Virus record (IMG/VR): IMGVR_UViG_3300018914_000003
Location: 1-54,386 of that record
Reading direction: 5' to 3' (one strand)
Length of the DNA: 54,386 nt
DNA from: a virus
Lineage: Duplodnaviria > Caudoviricetes
In this document: positions 17,483 to 27,736 of the stretch, piece after piece
Layout: the number at the start of each line of letters is the position of its first letter
How positions within the stretch are numbered: the stretch's first letter is position 1
Notes under the pieces: generated by a model
The model's database searches: none
Told to the model about the DNA's origin: nothing
What the model saw: only the letters and a program-made list of their open reading frames with translations
Made by a program: the position numbers and the translations under genes

Positions 17483-18448
17483 TTAACCTATATATTCAAT
17501 AAATAAAACAGTTCTGTATGGTGGTAAATTATTATGCGATTCGTCATTACCTATATCAAGCTTGACTCCGGCGTGTTTAAAAGGAACTGATACACCACCG
17601 ATTGAAGCTGAAGCAGCGTAAGGTTGAGAAAAAACTCCTGATGGATTAGCTCCTTGTCCTGCGGTTGTTTCAAATTGACCGGTTAATTTTGGTAATTGAC
17701 CAGGTGATAAAGTTGTTCTCTTTTCACCGCCAACACCACCTAAAACCTGAAAATCCAATTGGCTAACATCCATACCAACCGGAAACCTACCTCTCCAATT
17801 TACAACCTCTTGCCAACCGGTAGGAATTTGATTTGCGGGTTTATTCCAAAACATCATTGTACCGCCAGGAATAAAAACCGCTAATATTTTAGTTAAATTT
17901 GCAAATGTTGCATTGATTGTTGCTATATTATTAATAAGGTTTGGTAAAACTTCTGAATCATACAAACCTACTATATTTATTGCACTGCTTTTATTAATCA
18001 AACGAACTTTTTGGCCTGATTGAAAACCACCTAAAATAGTAAGATTTTTTGAAATATTATCAGAACCTCGAATTGAAACCATAGCATTGGTTGACGCAAA
18101 ATTAGACTGAAATATAATTGATTCATCTTCTTTCAAGGCTTCAATTTTAACAGGAATTAAAAGAGTTGTATCATTAATTTTTGTAATAGTTTTTATCATA
18201 TCGTTTTTGCCTCCTAATGACATCAGAGCCTCATATAATTGATAACCATTTGTTTGATTGTCCGGTAAATTATTGTAGGTGGTTTTTGAATCACGCATGA
18301 TTTTATCTTTGGTTTCGTGAAGATCACCATAAACCGATTCGTCAACAGGAGTACCATTTCCTGATCCGTCATTATTTCTTATTCTACCATTTGGATAGTT
18401 AAATAAATCACTATTATCTATATTAACTTGATTTGCTTTATTTCTCAT
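17483..18448 (-). CDS. Tail fibre protein with collar-like domain
   Basis: IPTGWQ...RGRFPVG...GGEK..TL...QLP...HNNLPPY. Confidence 0.8.
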   Translation of the reverse strand: MRNKANQVNIDNSDLFNYPNGRIRNNDGSGNGTPVDESVYGDLHETKDKIMRDSKTTYNNLPDNQTNGYQLYEALMSLGGKNDMIKTITKINDTTLLIPVKIEALKEDESIIFQSNFASTNAMVSIRGSDNISKNLTILGGFQSGQKVRLINKSSAINIVGLYDSEVLPNLINNIATINATFANLTKILAVFIPGGTMMFWNKPANQIPTGWQEVVNWRGRFPVGMDVSQLDFQVLGGVGGEKRTTLSPGQLPKLTGQFETTAGQGANPSGVFSQPYAASASIGGVSVPFKHAGVKLDIGNDESHNNLPPYRTVLFIEYIG

Positions 18449-19245
18449 TATTGATATGTTATTAAAGTGAAAGCAACTAATTGAGCTGGTTTTAATTTTA
18501 AAATTAATTCTTTAAATTCTTTTTTTCTTTCAAAAGGAACCGATCCACCCTGAAACAAACTTGATTTAGAAGCTATAAAAAAGGTAGCCCATAAATTTTG
18601 ATTTCCACCTATTGAATAAACTTCATCATCTATGTTATTAGCTATGACTTCAAACAAACCAACTCCATGCTGGGTTGATATTCCATGCTGCGTTGGATTT
18701 CCATGCTGAATATCAAAGGTTGCTAAATTTATTAGGTTTTGAGGACTTTCATGATAATAATTTCCGTTTGCATCTTGAAAAATATTCTCATAAATTTTAA
18801 CGTTAAAACCATATAAGTCTATTTGTTCTTGAATATAAAGCAAACCTTGACGTGCTTTAATGTTTTGAGGGAAAGCTATTTTTCTATAAATAATCTCCCT
18901 GCGTTTCTGTAAGGATAATGAATTACTTGAAATCAAGCCTAGTTTGTTTTCCCAAAATTCGCAATCTTCAATAGTAAACTCTTCGTTATCCGGAAAATAA
19001 CTGTTTATTGTTGATTCAGCAAAATTTCTAACTTTTAAAATAGAATTATTTAATACTTTGTGAAATTTTCTAAACACTCCGTTTTCAGGTAAATACCACG
19101 CTCTTCCGGTTGGATACAGTAAATTAACCTGGTCATCAAGTTGCTTAACAGTCTCTTTTATAATTGAAGTTGGATATCTATGTTTGGTATTATAACCAAA
19201 CTTAAATTTACCATGGACGGTTTGATTATTATTGGTAAGTGACAT
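18448..19245 (-). CDS. Baseplate wedge protein (Mu gp48-like)
   Basis: LYPTGRAW, WE..LG, LKLKPA motifs; follows baseplate J; QHG x3. Confidence 0.75.
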   Translation of the reverse strand: MSLTNNNQTVHGKFKFGYNTKHRYPTSIIKETVKQLDDQVNLLYPTGRAWYLPENGVFRKFHKVLNNSILKVRNFAESTINSYFPDNEEFTIEDCEFWENKLGLISSNSLSLQKRREIIYRKIAFPQNIKARQGLLYIQEQIDLYGFNVKIYENIFQDANGNYYHESPQNLINLATFDIQHGNPTQHGISTQHGVGLFEVIANNIDDEVYSIGGNQNLWATFFIASKSSLFQGGSVPFERKKEFKELILKLKPAQLVAFTLITYQ

Positions 19246-20404
19246 TTCTAAAGTATGGTATATTTGATAATGCGAATTTAAAAGACGTAATCTCCTGCCC
19301 ATCTACAAAGGTTTTGACATCATTAAAAAAATTGCCACTACCTAATGAATCTGATATTACTCCCTGAAGCCTGCCTGCATAAAGAATATCATTTTTATTT
19401 CTAAGGAGTTCAGCTCCGTCAATAAAAGGTCTGATTTCGTTTAAAAATAATCTTATATTGGTCTTGAGCAAATCTTGAATATCTAAATTATTTTCCTGCA
19501 AACCTACAATTATAACATCGACAGGTCTTAATGTGATTGGTAAAACCTCCAAAATGCATTGCATAGGTTTTCTGCCTCTTTCATTTATTGGCTTGGTATT
19601 ATCCGGGTCCATAATTATTACCTCTCTAACTGAATTTAATAAAAATGCAGAAGGGGTACCTAACCCATCAATTGAATCATTCGATTTAGCTTCGACAAAA
19701 ACCTGTACAGTACCTGCACTGCTTTGTTTAACGTAAGGGTAAACCTGCCTCACTCCTTGCGCATCTTGTGCCCAAAGCCTGTAATCAGTTTTAGCGCCTC
19801 CTTGAGGTTCTAACTGAATGGCGTCTATGATTTTCTTTCGGTATTCGTCTATCGTTTCTGATTGTAGTGGCACTTGGGTAATGCTTTTTACCACCACAGT
19901 AGAATCAACGCCGATTACCGGTTCGGTAATTGTCAATTCGTTTCCAACCGAAAGCAACGAATCACTACCTGACTCAAGACTTCTAACTTCAACCACATCA
20001 TTAGTTCCATTACAGATGTATTCACTTTCTAAAATAAATAATTTTCCGGGATTTTTAGAGTCTTCGTTCGATTTAAAGGTGAGTGAATTCCTTAGTTTCG
20101 CGTTAGGTTCAGCGTCAAGGGTTATTATATATTTACCATTAGTTGCCGGTTTTGGCTGTCTGTTTAAGTAGATTTCTCCCAACCTATTCAATCCGCCACC
20201 ATTTTCAGCAGTATCAGCAGTATCAGGCAATAAATTATTAAATTTATCAGAAATATATAAATAAATCAATTTCAATTGACCTGCAAGTACAGCAGAAACA
20301 GCATTAAGAACCATTTTTGTATCAACATCATCAATATTCAGTGTGCTTTTAAAATCACCTTCTATTGAAGAAAATAACTGCTTTATTGTTGGTATCTTTT
20401 TCAT
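19229..20404 (-). CDS. Baseplate J-like protein (Mu gp47)
   Basis: PDTAD, ETIDEYR, PQGGAKTDY..WA, GTVQV. Confidence 0.92.
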   Translation of the reverse strand: MKKIPTIKQLFSSIEGDFKSTLNIDDVDTKMVLNAVSAVLAGQLKLIYLYISDKFNNLLPDTADTAENGGGLNRLGEIYLNRQPKPATNGKYIITLDAEPNAKLRNSLTFKSNEDSKNPGKLFILESEYICNGTNDVVEVRSLESGSDSLLSVGNELTITEPVIGVDSTVVVKSITQVPLQSETIDEYRKKIIDAIQLEPQGGAKTDYRLWAQDAQGVRQVYPYVKQSSAGTVQVFVEAKSNDSIDGLGTPSAFLLNSVREVIIMDPDNTKPINERGRKPMQCILEVLPITLRPVDVIIVGLQENNLDIQDLLKTNIRLFLNEIRPFIDGAELLRNKNDILYAGRLQGVISDSLGSGNFFNDVKTFVDGQEITSFKFALSNIPYFRNVTYQ

Positions 20405-20874
20405 ATTTTTTTATATAAAATAACGCTGTTTTGAACATTATCCCAAAGGTATTGCAGATTAACGTCTTCTTTTCCTTGATACTTGTTCAGGAAAATAGTC
20501 ATTTCCACTCTCTGGCTGTCTTTTATTTTTACGTCTACTTTAACGTCAACGACATCATTTAAAAACGATAAATCTTCTTCAATAGCTCTTTGTATGGAAA
20601 TTCTTCCTGACGAGCTTAAAGGCGTGTTTCTTAGAGTTTTTTCAGTCAAAGAATTAAACTGCTTTTTCGGTTCTATTCCAAAAATTAAAGAATTTGCCCA
20701 CCAATCATATCTTAATTGAGATTCGATTTCATTACCAAGAGTTGATGCTTGAACGTTGCCACCAAACAAGCAGATATAAACGACCTGAAGCAAATAGTTT
20801 CCCAAACTAATGTCACCATCAACAATTAACAGTTCACCTCCGTTACCGGATTCGTATAATGAAAAATCAACCAT
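20401..20874 (-). CDS. Baseplate protein (Mu gp46-like)
   Basis: VYICLF...WWANS...EDL.FL; upstream of J. Confidence 0.7.
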   Translation of the reverse strand: MVDFSLYESGNGGELLIVDGDISLGNYLLQVVYICLFGGNVQASTLGNEIESQLRYDWWANSLIFGIEPKKQFNSLTEKTLRNTPLSSSGRISIQRAIEEDLSFLNDVVDVKVDVKIKDSQRVEMTIFLNKYQGKEDVNLQYLWDNVQNSVILYKKI

Positions 20875-22709
20875 TATCTTGCGCCTTTTGTTTTCGTAAC
20901 TCTGATATTGTTTTTATTACCCCCATTATTAACAACTTGGAGTATATTTTGTCGATCTTTCACGTTTATATCAAGACTATTTTGAGTATTAATATTCTTA
21001 TAGATAGCTTCCGTAGTTCCGGCAAATAGTGAAGGTAAAGCCTCTTTTTTCACTTTAGCTCCAATTTTTCTTTTCTCTTTGTCTTTCCTTTCCCATTCTT
21101 CAGACGAATCAACCCCTAAACTATCCCTTATCCCTTGAATACTGGCAATACCTTTTGCAGCAAGATTGCTCAAACCGGGAATATTTGAAAGCAGACCCAA
21201 AACAGTTTGTATAGGTTTTAATAATACGTCAAGAATTACCCTTCCAATAGCTTTTAAACCTCCAATTATACCTTCCTCTTTGAAGGCTTTTTTAATCATA
21301 TCCCAATTTTGTTTCAAGGTCATGATTAAATCTATAACTATACCTAAAGGACCCATAAATCGATTCACAGTTGATCCCCATTCATCCCAGTAATATATAA
21401 CACCAGCAATCAAAGCAACAAGGGCGGCAATACCAATAATTATTAAACCTATCGGATTTGCCGCCATGGCAATATTCCAAAGCCATTGCGCTGCTGTAAC
21501 AAGTTTTATAAATTCTTGTACAATCATTAATGTTCCGAAATATATTGTTACCCACTTTACAACTGGTGCAATATTATCAGCCAACCAGCCTAAAGCTTCT
21601 TTAATGTTATCTGTGCTTTTTTTACTATCGTCAGAAGTAGTTATGTAGTTGGTCCAGGCAGATTTTAATTCGTCAATTTTTCCCTTTAAAGTATTAGAAT
21701 TTATACCAGCCGCCTTGGTAGCTTCAGATGTTCCGGTAACACCATCTGTAAACTTTTTATAAGTCTCAGTACCGTCAATTAAGATCCTGCCCGTGTTAAT
21801 ATGGTTTTCTCCAATCAAATCAGTTAAGTAAGCGTCTTTTTGTTTTGCGGTTTTTAGTTTATCGTAATTTTTCTTAGCCTGCTCTAAAGCTTCGTTAACA
21901 TTAAATACACCTGTTTTATACCCTAAACCCGCTTTCTGAAGCCTTAAAATAACAGCTTTCAAACCAGTACCGGCTTCTGTACCGGTAATCATTTTACCGG
22001 CCAAAGTCTGAATCAACCCCATTGATTCTTCCAGCGTTATATTGGCGCCTCTGGCAACCGAACCGAAATTTTTATAAGCCTCAACGGACTGGGTGATTGA
22101 AGCAGCACCCACAGCCTGACCAGCAGCCAAAACATTAATTACGCGACCTGAATCTTTTGCACCCAAATTAAATTGGTTCATTATTCCTACCAAATTTTCA
22201 GCAGAAGTTCCTAAATCATCACGTGAAGCTTTTGATAAAATTATTGCCTGTTTTGAAACTTCTGCAATCCCTTCCGGAGTGTCGGCAAGTGTCGAGTTTA
22301 AACCAGCTATTTTTTCATAAGCCTGCGCTACTTCAATGGTGCTTTTTTTGGTTTCGGTAGCCACCTTGCCCATTGATGATTCGTATTTGGCAAAATCCGT
22401 ATCATTAAGATCAGAAACAATTGTCCTAAAACTTGCTACCTGATCTTCATAATCCATGATAGATTGAGCCGATGAACCGGCCAAACCAAAAGCGGCCCCC
22501 GCAACACCCGCAGCGGACGCATATGACAATAGCTGCCTACCAGCTCCTCCTATTGAAGGCGTTAATCTATTAAGAAGCCTGTTCGCCCTACCAACTCCGG
22601 TCTGAACTCTGTTTGTAAATGACTGAACGCTTCTTGTCATGGTTCTAAGCACCGAAGAAACTCCATCTCTGGCGGAAAATATTGTGGGTACTCGTAAACT
22701 TAAAGCCAT
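20874..22709 (-). CDS. Tail tape measure protein
   Basis: TP901-type core (AGTGLK); MAANPIGLII..IAALV..W repeats. Confidence 0.92.
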   Translation of the reverse strand: MALSLRVPTIFSARDGVSSVLRTMTRSVQSFTNRVQTGVGRANRLLNRLTPSIGGAGRQLLSYASAAGVAGAAFGLAGSSAQSIMDYEDQVASFRTIVSDLNDTDFAKYESSMGKVATETKKSTIEVAQAYEKIAGLNSTLADTPEGIAEVSKQAIILSKASRDDLGTSAENLVGIMNQFNLGAKDSGRVINVLAAGQAVGAASITQSVEAYKNFGSVARGANITLEESMGLIQTLAGKMITGTEAGTGLKAVILRLQKAGLGYKTGVFNVNEALEQAKKNYDKLKTAKQKDAYLTDLIGENHINTGRILIDGTETYKKFTDGVTGTSEATKAAGINSNTLKGKIDELKSAWTNYITTSDDSKKSTDNIKEALGWLADNIAPVVKWVTIYFGTLMIVQEFIKLVTAAQWLWNIAMAANPIGLIIIGIAALVALIAGVIYYWDEWGSTVNRFMGPLGIVIDLIMTLKQNWDMIKKAFKEEGIIGGLKAIGRVILDVLLKPIQTVLGLLSNIPGLSNLAAKGIASIQGIRDSLGVDSSEEWERKDKEKRKIGAKVKKEALPSLFAGTTEAIYKNINTQNSLDINVKDRQNILQVVNNGGNKNNIRVTKTKGAR

Positions 22710-22713
22710 GTTA

Positions 22714-22893
22714 TTATTTTTTGTTTATTTGTCGATGCTGTTCTTCGACATCATTATACCAAAATTCTAAACCGAAAAAATCTTTATCATCACAAAACAT
22801 ATCATTTAATATATTTGGAGACGCCCAACCGTAAGAACGCGCAACTGTCTTTATGAAAGCTTCAACGTTTTGTATGGTCGGAAATTTTACAAA
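22714..22893 (-). CDS. -1 frameshift extension of the tail assembly chaperone (gpE'/gpGT-like)
   Basis: Open -1 frame FVKFPTIQ...VARSYGWASPNILNDM...LEFWY...NKK* after the slippery GTTTTTTTG. Confidence 0.75.
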   Translation of the reverse strand, partial: FVKFPTIQNVEAFIKTVARSYGWASPNILNDMFCDDKDFFGLEFWYNDVEEQHRQINKK

Positions 22894-23318
22894 AAAACGG
22901 TTGAAATTTGATCAATAACCCGGTAATCGAATTTACTGAACTTATCAAGCATTGCTTTTGGTTGTCCTATTAAATAGGCATGTGCTCTAAGTGAATACTC
23001 CAATTGATTTTTTGTTAAATCGACTCCCTTCATGATTTCAGCTAATTGGGTAGGTTTAATCCTGCTTCTAAAAGTGATTTCACCTAACGCAATATCTCCT
23101 TCATCGTTTTTTATCGGATTTTTAAGTGTAAATTTAGGTTTGCCATTTTCAAAAATTAACAAACCAAGCTCAACAGCTCTAATGATTTGAGGGTAATCAC
23201 TTTCAATTTCATGATCTTTTTTATCTAGATCAGCTTCATCTCTGATGAATTTTTGCACTTCTTTGATTGCGATTTCTTTTGAAACCTTGTTTTCGTTTTT
23301 TTCTAGATTCATGTCCAT
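22887..23318 (-). CDS. Tail assembly chaperone
   Basis: Between tube and tape measure; ends in a T7 slippery run. Confidence 0.8.
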   Translation of the reverse strand: MDMNLEKNENKVSKEIAIKEVQKFIRDEADLDKKDHEIESDYPQIIRAVELGLLIFENGKPKFTLKNPIKNDEGDIALGEITFRSRIKPTQLAEIMKGVDLTKNQLEYSLRAHAYLIGQPKAMLDKFSKFDYRVIDQISTVFL

Positions 23319-23346
23319 TTTATAAAATTTAAAGGTTGAATTGTAT

Positions 23347-23388
23347 TAAAAAGCCCTTAACAATCAATTAGTTAAAGGTTATATTTTT
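23347..23388 (-). terminator. Terminator after the tail tube gene
   Basis: Minus strand CCTTTAAC...GTTAAGGGC-T5. Confidence 0.55.
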
Positions 23389-23412
23389 TATCAATTTTTT
23401 TTAGCATAAAAA

Positions 23413-23826
23413 TTATGTAATTTTTTCAAGTTTTCCGCTTCCTGAAACTTTTAAGGTTGATTGAGCAGTACCTGTATCAGATTGAAAGTCACCTACCGGA
23501 ATTCCCAAACCTTTCCAAATAGTCCCTGAAATATGAGTAATAGTCCAGGTACCTAATTCAGGACTTTCAGCTAATTTAGTGATTGCATCAAATTCAGTGT
23601 CAGCCTGATAATCAACTGCAATTGGTCCCTCGACAGACCAAAGCATCCTGTTTTTCTTCTGGATCATCGTTCCATCTCCTGTAACATTGCTTGAATCATC
23701 ATCGTTTCTAATTCCACCTTTGTCTAAGGTAAAACTTTCGCCGGCCTTCGCGGCAAATCTAAAATCTCCAAGGGTTGGGTGAGAACAAACAACTTCAATA
23801 ATATCACCACCTACATATCTTGCCAT
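23413..23826 (-). CDS. Tail tube protein
   Basis: 137 aa beta-rich protein directly after the sheath. Confidence 0.8.
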   Translation of the reverse strand: MARYVGGDIIEVVCSHPTLGDFRFAAKAGESFTLDKGGIRNDDDSSNVTGDGTMIQKKNRMLWSVEGPIAVDYQADTEFDAITKLAESPELGTWTITHISGTIWKGLGIPVGDFQSDTGTAQSTLKVSGSGKLEKIT

Positions 23827-23847
23827 AATATTTATTTATTTTAAAGG

Positions 23848-25368
23848 TTAAAATCCAGCTTCGGCAGTTGTTGATTCAACTCTTGCAATTCCGGTTCTTT
23901 TATATCTGAAAAAAGTTTCAAATCTATTTGGGTTCGTTGTTGGAATTGCTACCTGAAGACTTTGTTTAGAAAATTCAGGCTCATTTATAAGGGCTTTTTT
24001 ACCCATTTCATCAAACAAATCAAAAAGAACCGCTTTCCATTCTTTAGGTTTAATAGCGTTTTTTGAATCGGTTACTTGCGTATCTCTTATTATTACCTTA
24101 TCTCTTAATCTGATTTTTTCAAGAGTACGGTAAGAATCAGCAACATTCCAATCTAAATTTAGGTTTCTACAATAATTAAATTGCAAAGGATTTTCACCAT
24201 CAGGGTGGTAAGTTGTTACAAGATCTTGAATTATATACTGACCTTTGTCTAATATTACAGTTGAACAACCTTTTTTAATTAAAAAATCCCGGTTATCGTA
24301 ATTGCTCATATCGCCAATATTTCCATCTATTGGAGCCGGCATATCAGGATATGCAAAACCATTAACATCAATTTCAGGCGTGTCTTGCATCGTTCTCGCA
24401 AACAATCTAACGACATTCGCAGCGGCCTCGTAAGGAAATGCATCAGAATTCGGAGCAGGACACAATACATTAGTTACCTGGTCTATTCTTGCGGCAGCGT
24501 TCGTGATTGTCGATAAATCAGCCAAAGTAGATTTAGTAGAACCAAAGAAAGCCATAAAAGGTTTGAAAACAGAACCTTCATATCTTCCGGTAGGTATAGA
24601 AGCTGAAGGAGAACCATTGAACTGTTCAAAAATGTCTAAAACTGATTCACCATAAGAATTTAAAACAATTGTATACCAGTCAGAACCAATCAAATTTAAA
24701 GAATTTGAAAGATTTACAACGCCTGAACCGTTAACTTTGTCAGCAACCGCATACGATATTCCTGAAGGTTCACCGTTGTTATTGAATTTTAAAGTTAAAC
24801 CTGCGGAAGAAGCTCCTTTCCATTTAGTTTTTAAAGTAATTGTAGAAGAAACCAAAGTAGCGGTTACCGGACTTGATAAATTGTTATTAATAACATCTAA
24901 AATTCGCTGTGCAATTACTGAAGAAGTGTCACCTTTTACAATAGAAAAAGAATAGGGTTTGAAATCTAAGGATTCCCGGCCTGCAATTCTTAAAAAATGA
25001 GTACTGTTTTTGGTAGCTGTTCCGGAAACAACCACTTCAAAGCTTGTTTCAGTGAAACCTACCGTTTCTAGCTGTGGAAAAACCACCGTAGGAATACCAC
25101 CAACTCCAACTTCTGAATTAGGTCTTAAAATTCTCATGATCTGATGAATTGGAGAACCGTAACCATATATTCTTCCAGCTTCATCTGAAGAAGTGATTTC
25201 TTTTTTTTCAATAGAAATTGATGCTTGATTCGCTGTATTGGCTTGGGCAAAAATTGCTATCATTTGAGGTAAATTATCGGTTTCATTTGAAAAAAAACCT
25301 TTTTTAATTGCAAAACCTGAAGTTCTGCTTCGTCTTTCTGTACCTATTGCCGATGATAATGATGCCAT
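23848..25368 (-). CDS. Contractile tail sheath (Mu gpL-like)
   Basis: EAGRIYGYGS, PVTAT, LKTKWKG, LIKKGCST, DLVTTY motifs. Confidence 0.9.
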   Translation of the reverse strand: MASLSSAIGTERRSRTSGFAIKKGFFSNETDNLPQMIAIFAQANTANQASISIEKKEITSSDEAGRIYGYGSPIHQIMRILRPNSEVGVGGIPTVVFPQLETVGFTETSFEVVVSGTATKNSTHFLRIAGRESLDFKPYSFSIVKGDTSSVIAQRILDVINNNLSSPVTATLVSSTITLKTKWKGASSAGLTLKFNNNGEPSGISYAVADKVNGSGVVNLSNSLNLIGSDWYTIVLNSYGESVLDIFEQFNGSPSASIPTGRYEGSVFKPFMAFFGSTKSTLADLSTITNAAARIDQVTNVLCPAPNSDAFPYEAAANVVRLFARTMQDTPEIDVNGFAYPDMPAPIDGNIGDMSNYDNRDFLIKKGCSTVILDKGQYIIQDLVTTYHPDGENPLQFNYCRNLNLDWNVADSYRTLEKIRLRDKVIIRDTQVTDSKNAIKPKEWKAVLFDLFDEMGKKALINEPEFSKQSLQVAIPTTNPNRFETFFRYKRTGIARVESTTAEAGF

Positions 25369-25375
25369 AATTTTT

Positions 25376-25969
25376 TTAGTTTATAAATTTATACATGTAA
25401 CCTTTTTCGGTTAATTCTAATTTTACGTTGGTTTGGTTTTGCTGAAGGTTTACTCCTTGTTCCATCAATTGAGATTCATACGCTCTGACTGAAAAAATCA
25501 TCCTAGCCATTTTTACAAAACCAGAATCCTGCTTCTGATCATTTTCTATTATGTAAAAGCTATCAATCGAAGTTCCTTCTATTATTCCAAGTGGCAAAGA
25601 GAGCGTTCGGTAAGAGGTGTGACTCAAGATATACCTAATAAGCCCGATATGCCTATGAAGTCTTACAGAAGAATCATAAGAACCATTTTTTGATGAAGAC
25701 GAGTAACCAGAAGTATAGATATCTATATTGTAGATATATTTACCTGATGCCCCGTGCTGCGTCTTTGAATTGTAGTCACCGCTTTCTAGATTTAAATTAA
25801 TGGTCAACAATTCATCATTTGAAATAGGTGTTGTTCTTTCAGAAAATATATTAATTTTTTCTTCAAAGTTCTGGATAGTTCTTTGGTTAGTTAATTCTTG
25901 CAAAAGTATGGTTGCTATGTTGTCTCTAATTATTTCGAAACTTTGCGGAAAAATTGCAGATGCAAACAT
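25376..25969 (-). CDS. Tail terminator/neck protein (putative)
   Basis: Position before the sheath; IRD.IA.IL start. Confidence 0.55.
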   Translation of the reverse strand: MFASAIFPQSFEIIRDNIATILLQELTNQRTIQNFEEKINIFSERTTPISNDELLTINLNLESGDYNSKTQHGASGKYIYNIDIYTSGYSSSSKNGSYDSSVRLHRHIGLIRYILSHTSYRTLSLPLGIIEGTSIDSFYIIENDQKQDSGFVKMARMIFSVRAYESQLMEQGVNLQQNQTNVKLELTEKGYMYKFIN

Positions 25970-25972
25970 AAT

Positions 25973-26359
25973 TTAAATATTTTTTCTGTCGCCTAATACA
26001 CAAACAATAAGACCTGTAGTCTCGCTTGGCCAATTCTCGTTGATACAATAACTTTTTTGAATTCCGGTTGAATCGCTACAAGAAACCAGCAAATGTCTTA
26101 TATCTATATTTCCGTTTGCTTTTCTTGTTTCAATACCACCTTTAATCAAATCATCTTCCAAAATAGAAATATGGGCATTTTTTGAATTGATAGGGCTACC
26201 TTCTGAATCAAACTGAATCCAATGCTTTGAATGCAATCCGGTAATAATGATCTGTTTAGAAGTAAGCGGATCAGAAATTGTAATTACCTCTTCAAATCCG
26301 CTTTTACTTAAAATTTTCTTTATATCACGCCTGGCCGCTTGCAATAGTTTCCCTGGCAT
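25973..26359 (-). CDS. Head-tail connector (putative)
   Basis: Synteny and size. Confidence 0.55.
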   Translation of the reverse strand: MPGKLLQAARRDIKKILSKSGFEEVITISDPLTSKQIIITGLHSKHWIQFDSEGSPINSKNAHISILEDDLIKGGIETRKANGNIDIRHLLVSCSDSTGIQKSYCINENWPSETTGLIVCVLGDRKNI

Positions 26360-26370
26360 AACTTTTATTT

Positions 26371-26637
26371 TTATTTTTTACTAGCTTTTACTTCTTTTTC
26401 AGATTCTTCTTTAGCCTCTTCATCAACTAATCTTTGCACCTCAGCCTCTTCTTCCGCTTCCTTTTCAGCCTCTTCTAATTTATTAATATCAGCTTTTGTA
26501 GCTAGGTCAATATAACCTTGTTTTTTTAGTTCTTCAGCAGGACTGCTGAAAGATTCTTCATCGACAATATCGCCAAATTCAGCCATTTGATTGTTTCTCA
26601 AAAGAAGTCCAACCACTTTAATTTTATACTTTGCCAT
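26371..26637 (-). CDS. Small head-associated protein (gpFI position)
   Basis: Directly after the capsid gene; GD.V...L...G.I motif and acidic tail. Confidence 0.5.
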   Translation of the reverse strand: MAKYKIKVVGLLLRNNQMAEFGDIVDEESFSSPAEELKKQGYIDLATKADINKLEEAEKEAEEEAEVQRLVDEEAKEESEKEVKASKK

Positions 26638-26655
26638 TTTAATTGGTTTTTAAGA

Positions 26656-27720
26656 TTAAGCTGTTTTTAAGGTGTAAATTCTGTCAACAGTGTAAGGAAC
26701 AACCAGTGGAGCTGAAGAAATAATAAAATCCCAGGTTGTTTTAATTTGGTCAATTACATCTCTAATGAAGAATTCACCTTCGACAGGACCAACGTATTGA
26801 CCTGAAACATTGTCACCCATAATTGCAGGAATTCCACCAAACATAGTGTTACCCATGAAATCGTCAGAAATCATAACCACATTATCTGGTTCAATATATG
26901 GCGTATTTACCCCAGTTACCGGGTGCAGATACATTTCGTTATACGTCCAAATATTAACCATATAATCTTTAGTTCCAATTTGACCGTGGTAAACTAAACC
27001 TGAAACATTGTCAAATTGAGGCATACCAATTTCAATTCGTTTCAAATTTCTCCAATCAGCCTGTTTCTGAACCTTTTCATTATTTAAAAAATTGCTTAAA
27101 GCATTTGATCCGAAAATAGCATTGATTGCTGTTGCACCTGAAAGACCCTGATTTCTGATAAACTCCATTCCAATGCCTAAGTCACCAAACATATCAGAAG
27201 CTTGATTGCTCCATTGGGCTGTACCAGTTAAAACCCGCATTGATTCAGCTCGTCTTTTATAGTCAATTGAATCTCCATTCTTCAAAACAACGACACCAGT
27301 CTGAATCACTTGAGCTCTTTGTAATTCAATAGCTCTTAAAATTTTATTTTTTAAAGACTTTATATATGCAGATGCATCCCTAAGTAGCATGGTCGCGTCT
27401 ACTCTGGTAGGCATGTTGTTTTGACCGAAAGTCTCATCGTATCTTTGGCAAGATGTGAAATCAAACATTTCGTTATAATAAGGCGGAATGAAAATCTTTT
27501 CCGTTGAACGAGAAAAAACATTCCTTACCGGATCAGTACATCTTTGAACATCAACCGCAACATTTTGTCTCATTCTTTGAATTTCAATTGAAATTCCTTT
27601 TGTAGGTGTGGTTTGATTAGGAAAAAATGCCTGAAGACCTTGTTTTGGATCTTTATCAAGCGTGAACTTTTTTACAAGTGTTTGCGTGATATGCTTTCTG
27701 TGTTGATTAAGAGTTATCAT
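26656..27720 (-). CDS. Major capsid protein (lambda gpE-like)
   Basis: 354 aa; PPYY, RAIEL...Q...G, SAPL..P. Confidence 0.9.
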   Translation of the reverse strand: MITLNQHRKHITQTLVKKFTLDKDPKQGLQAFFPNQTTPTKGISIEIQRMRQNVAVDVQRCTDPVRNVFSRSTEKIFIPPYYNEMFDFTSCQRYDETFGQNNMPTRVDATMLLRDASAYIKSLKNKILRAIELQRAQVIQTGVVVLKNGDSIDYKRRAESMRVLTGTAQWSNQASDMFGDLGIGMEFIRNQGLSGATAINAIFGSNALSNFLNNEKVQKQADWRNLKRIEIGMPQFDNVSGLVYHGQIGTKDYMVNIWTYNEMYLHPVTGVNTPYIEPDNVVMISDDFMGNTMFGGIPAIMGDNVSGQYVGPVEGEFFIRDVIDQIKTTWDFIISSAPLVVPYTVDRIYTLKTA

Positions 27721-27736
27721 CTATTTTTTTAATTTT

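Noticed and set aside
16287-18448. Diversity-generating retroelement or invertible fibre cassette
   Set aside because: No reverse transcriptase, template/variable repeat pair, invertase or inverted fibre fragments seen
12778-25969. Tailocin/eCIS
   Set aside because: Complete head, terminase, integrase and replication genes are linked, so it is a phage tail
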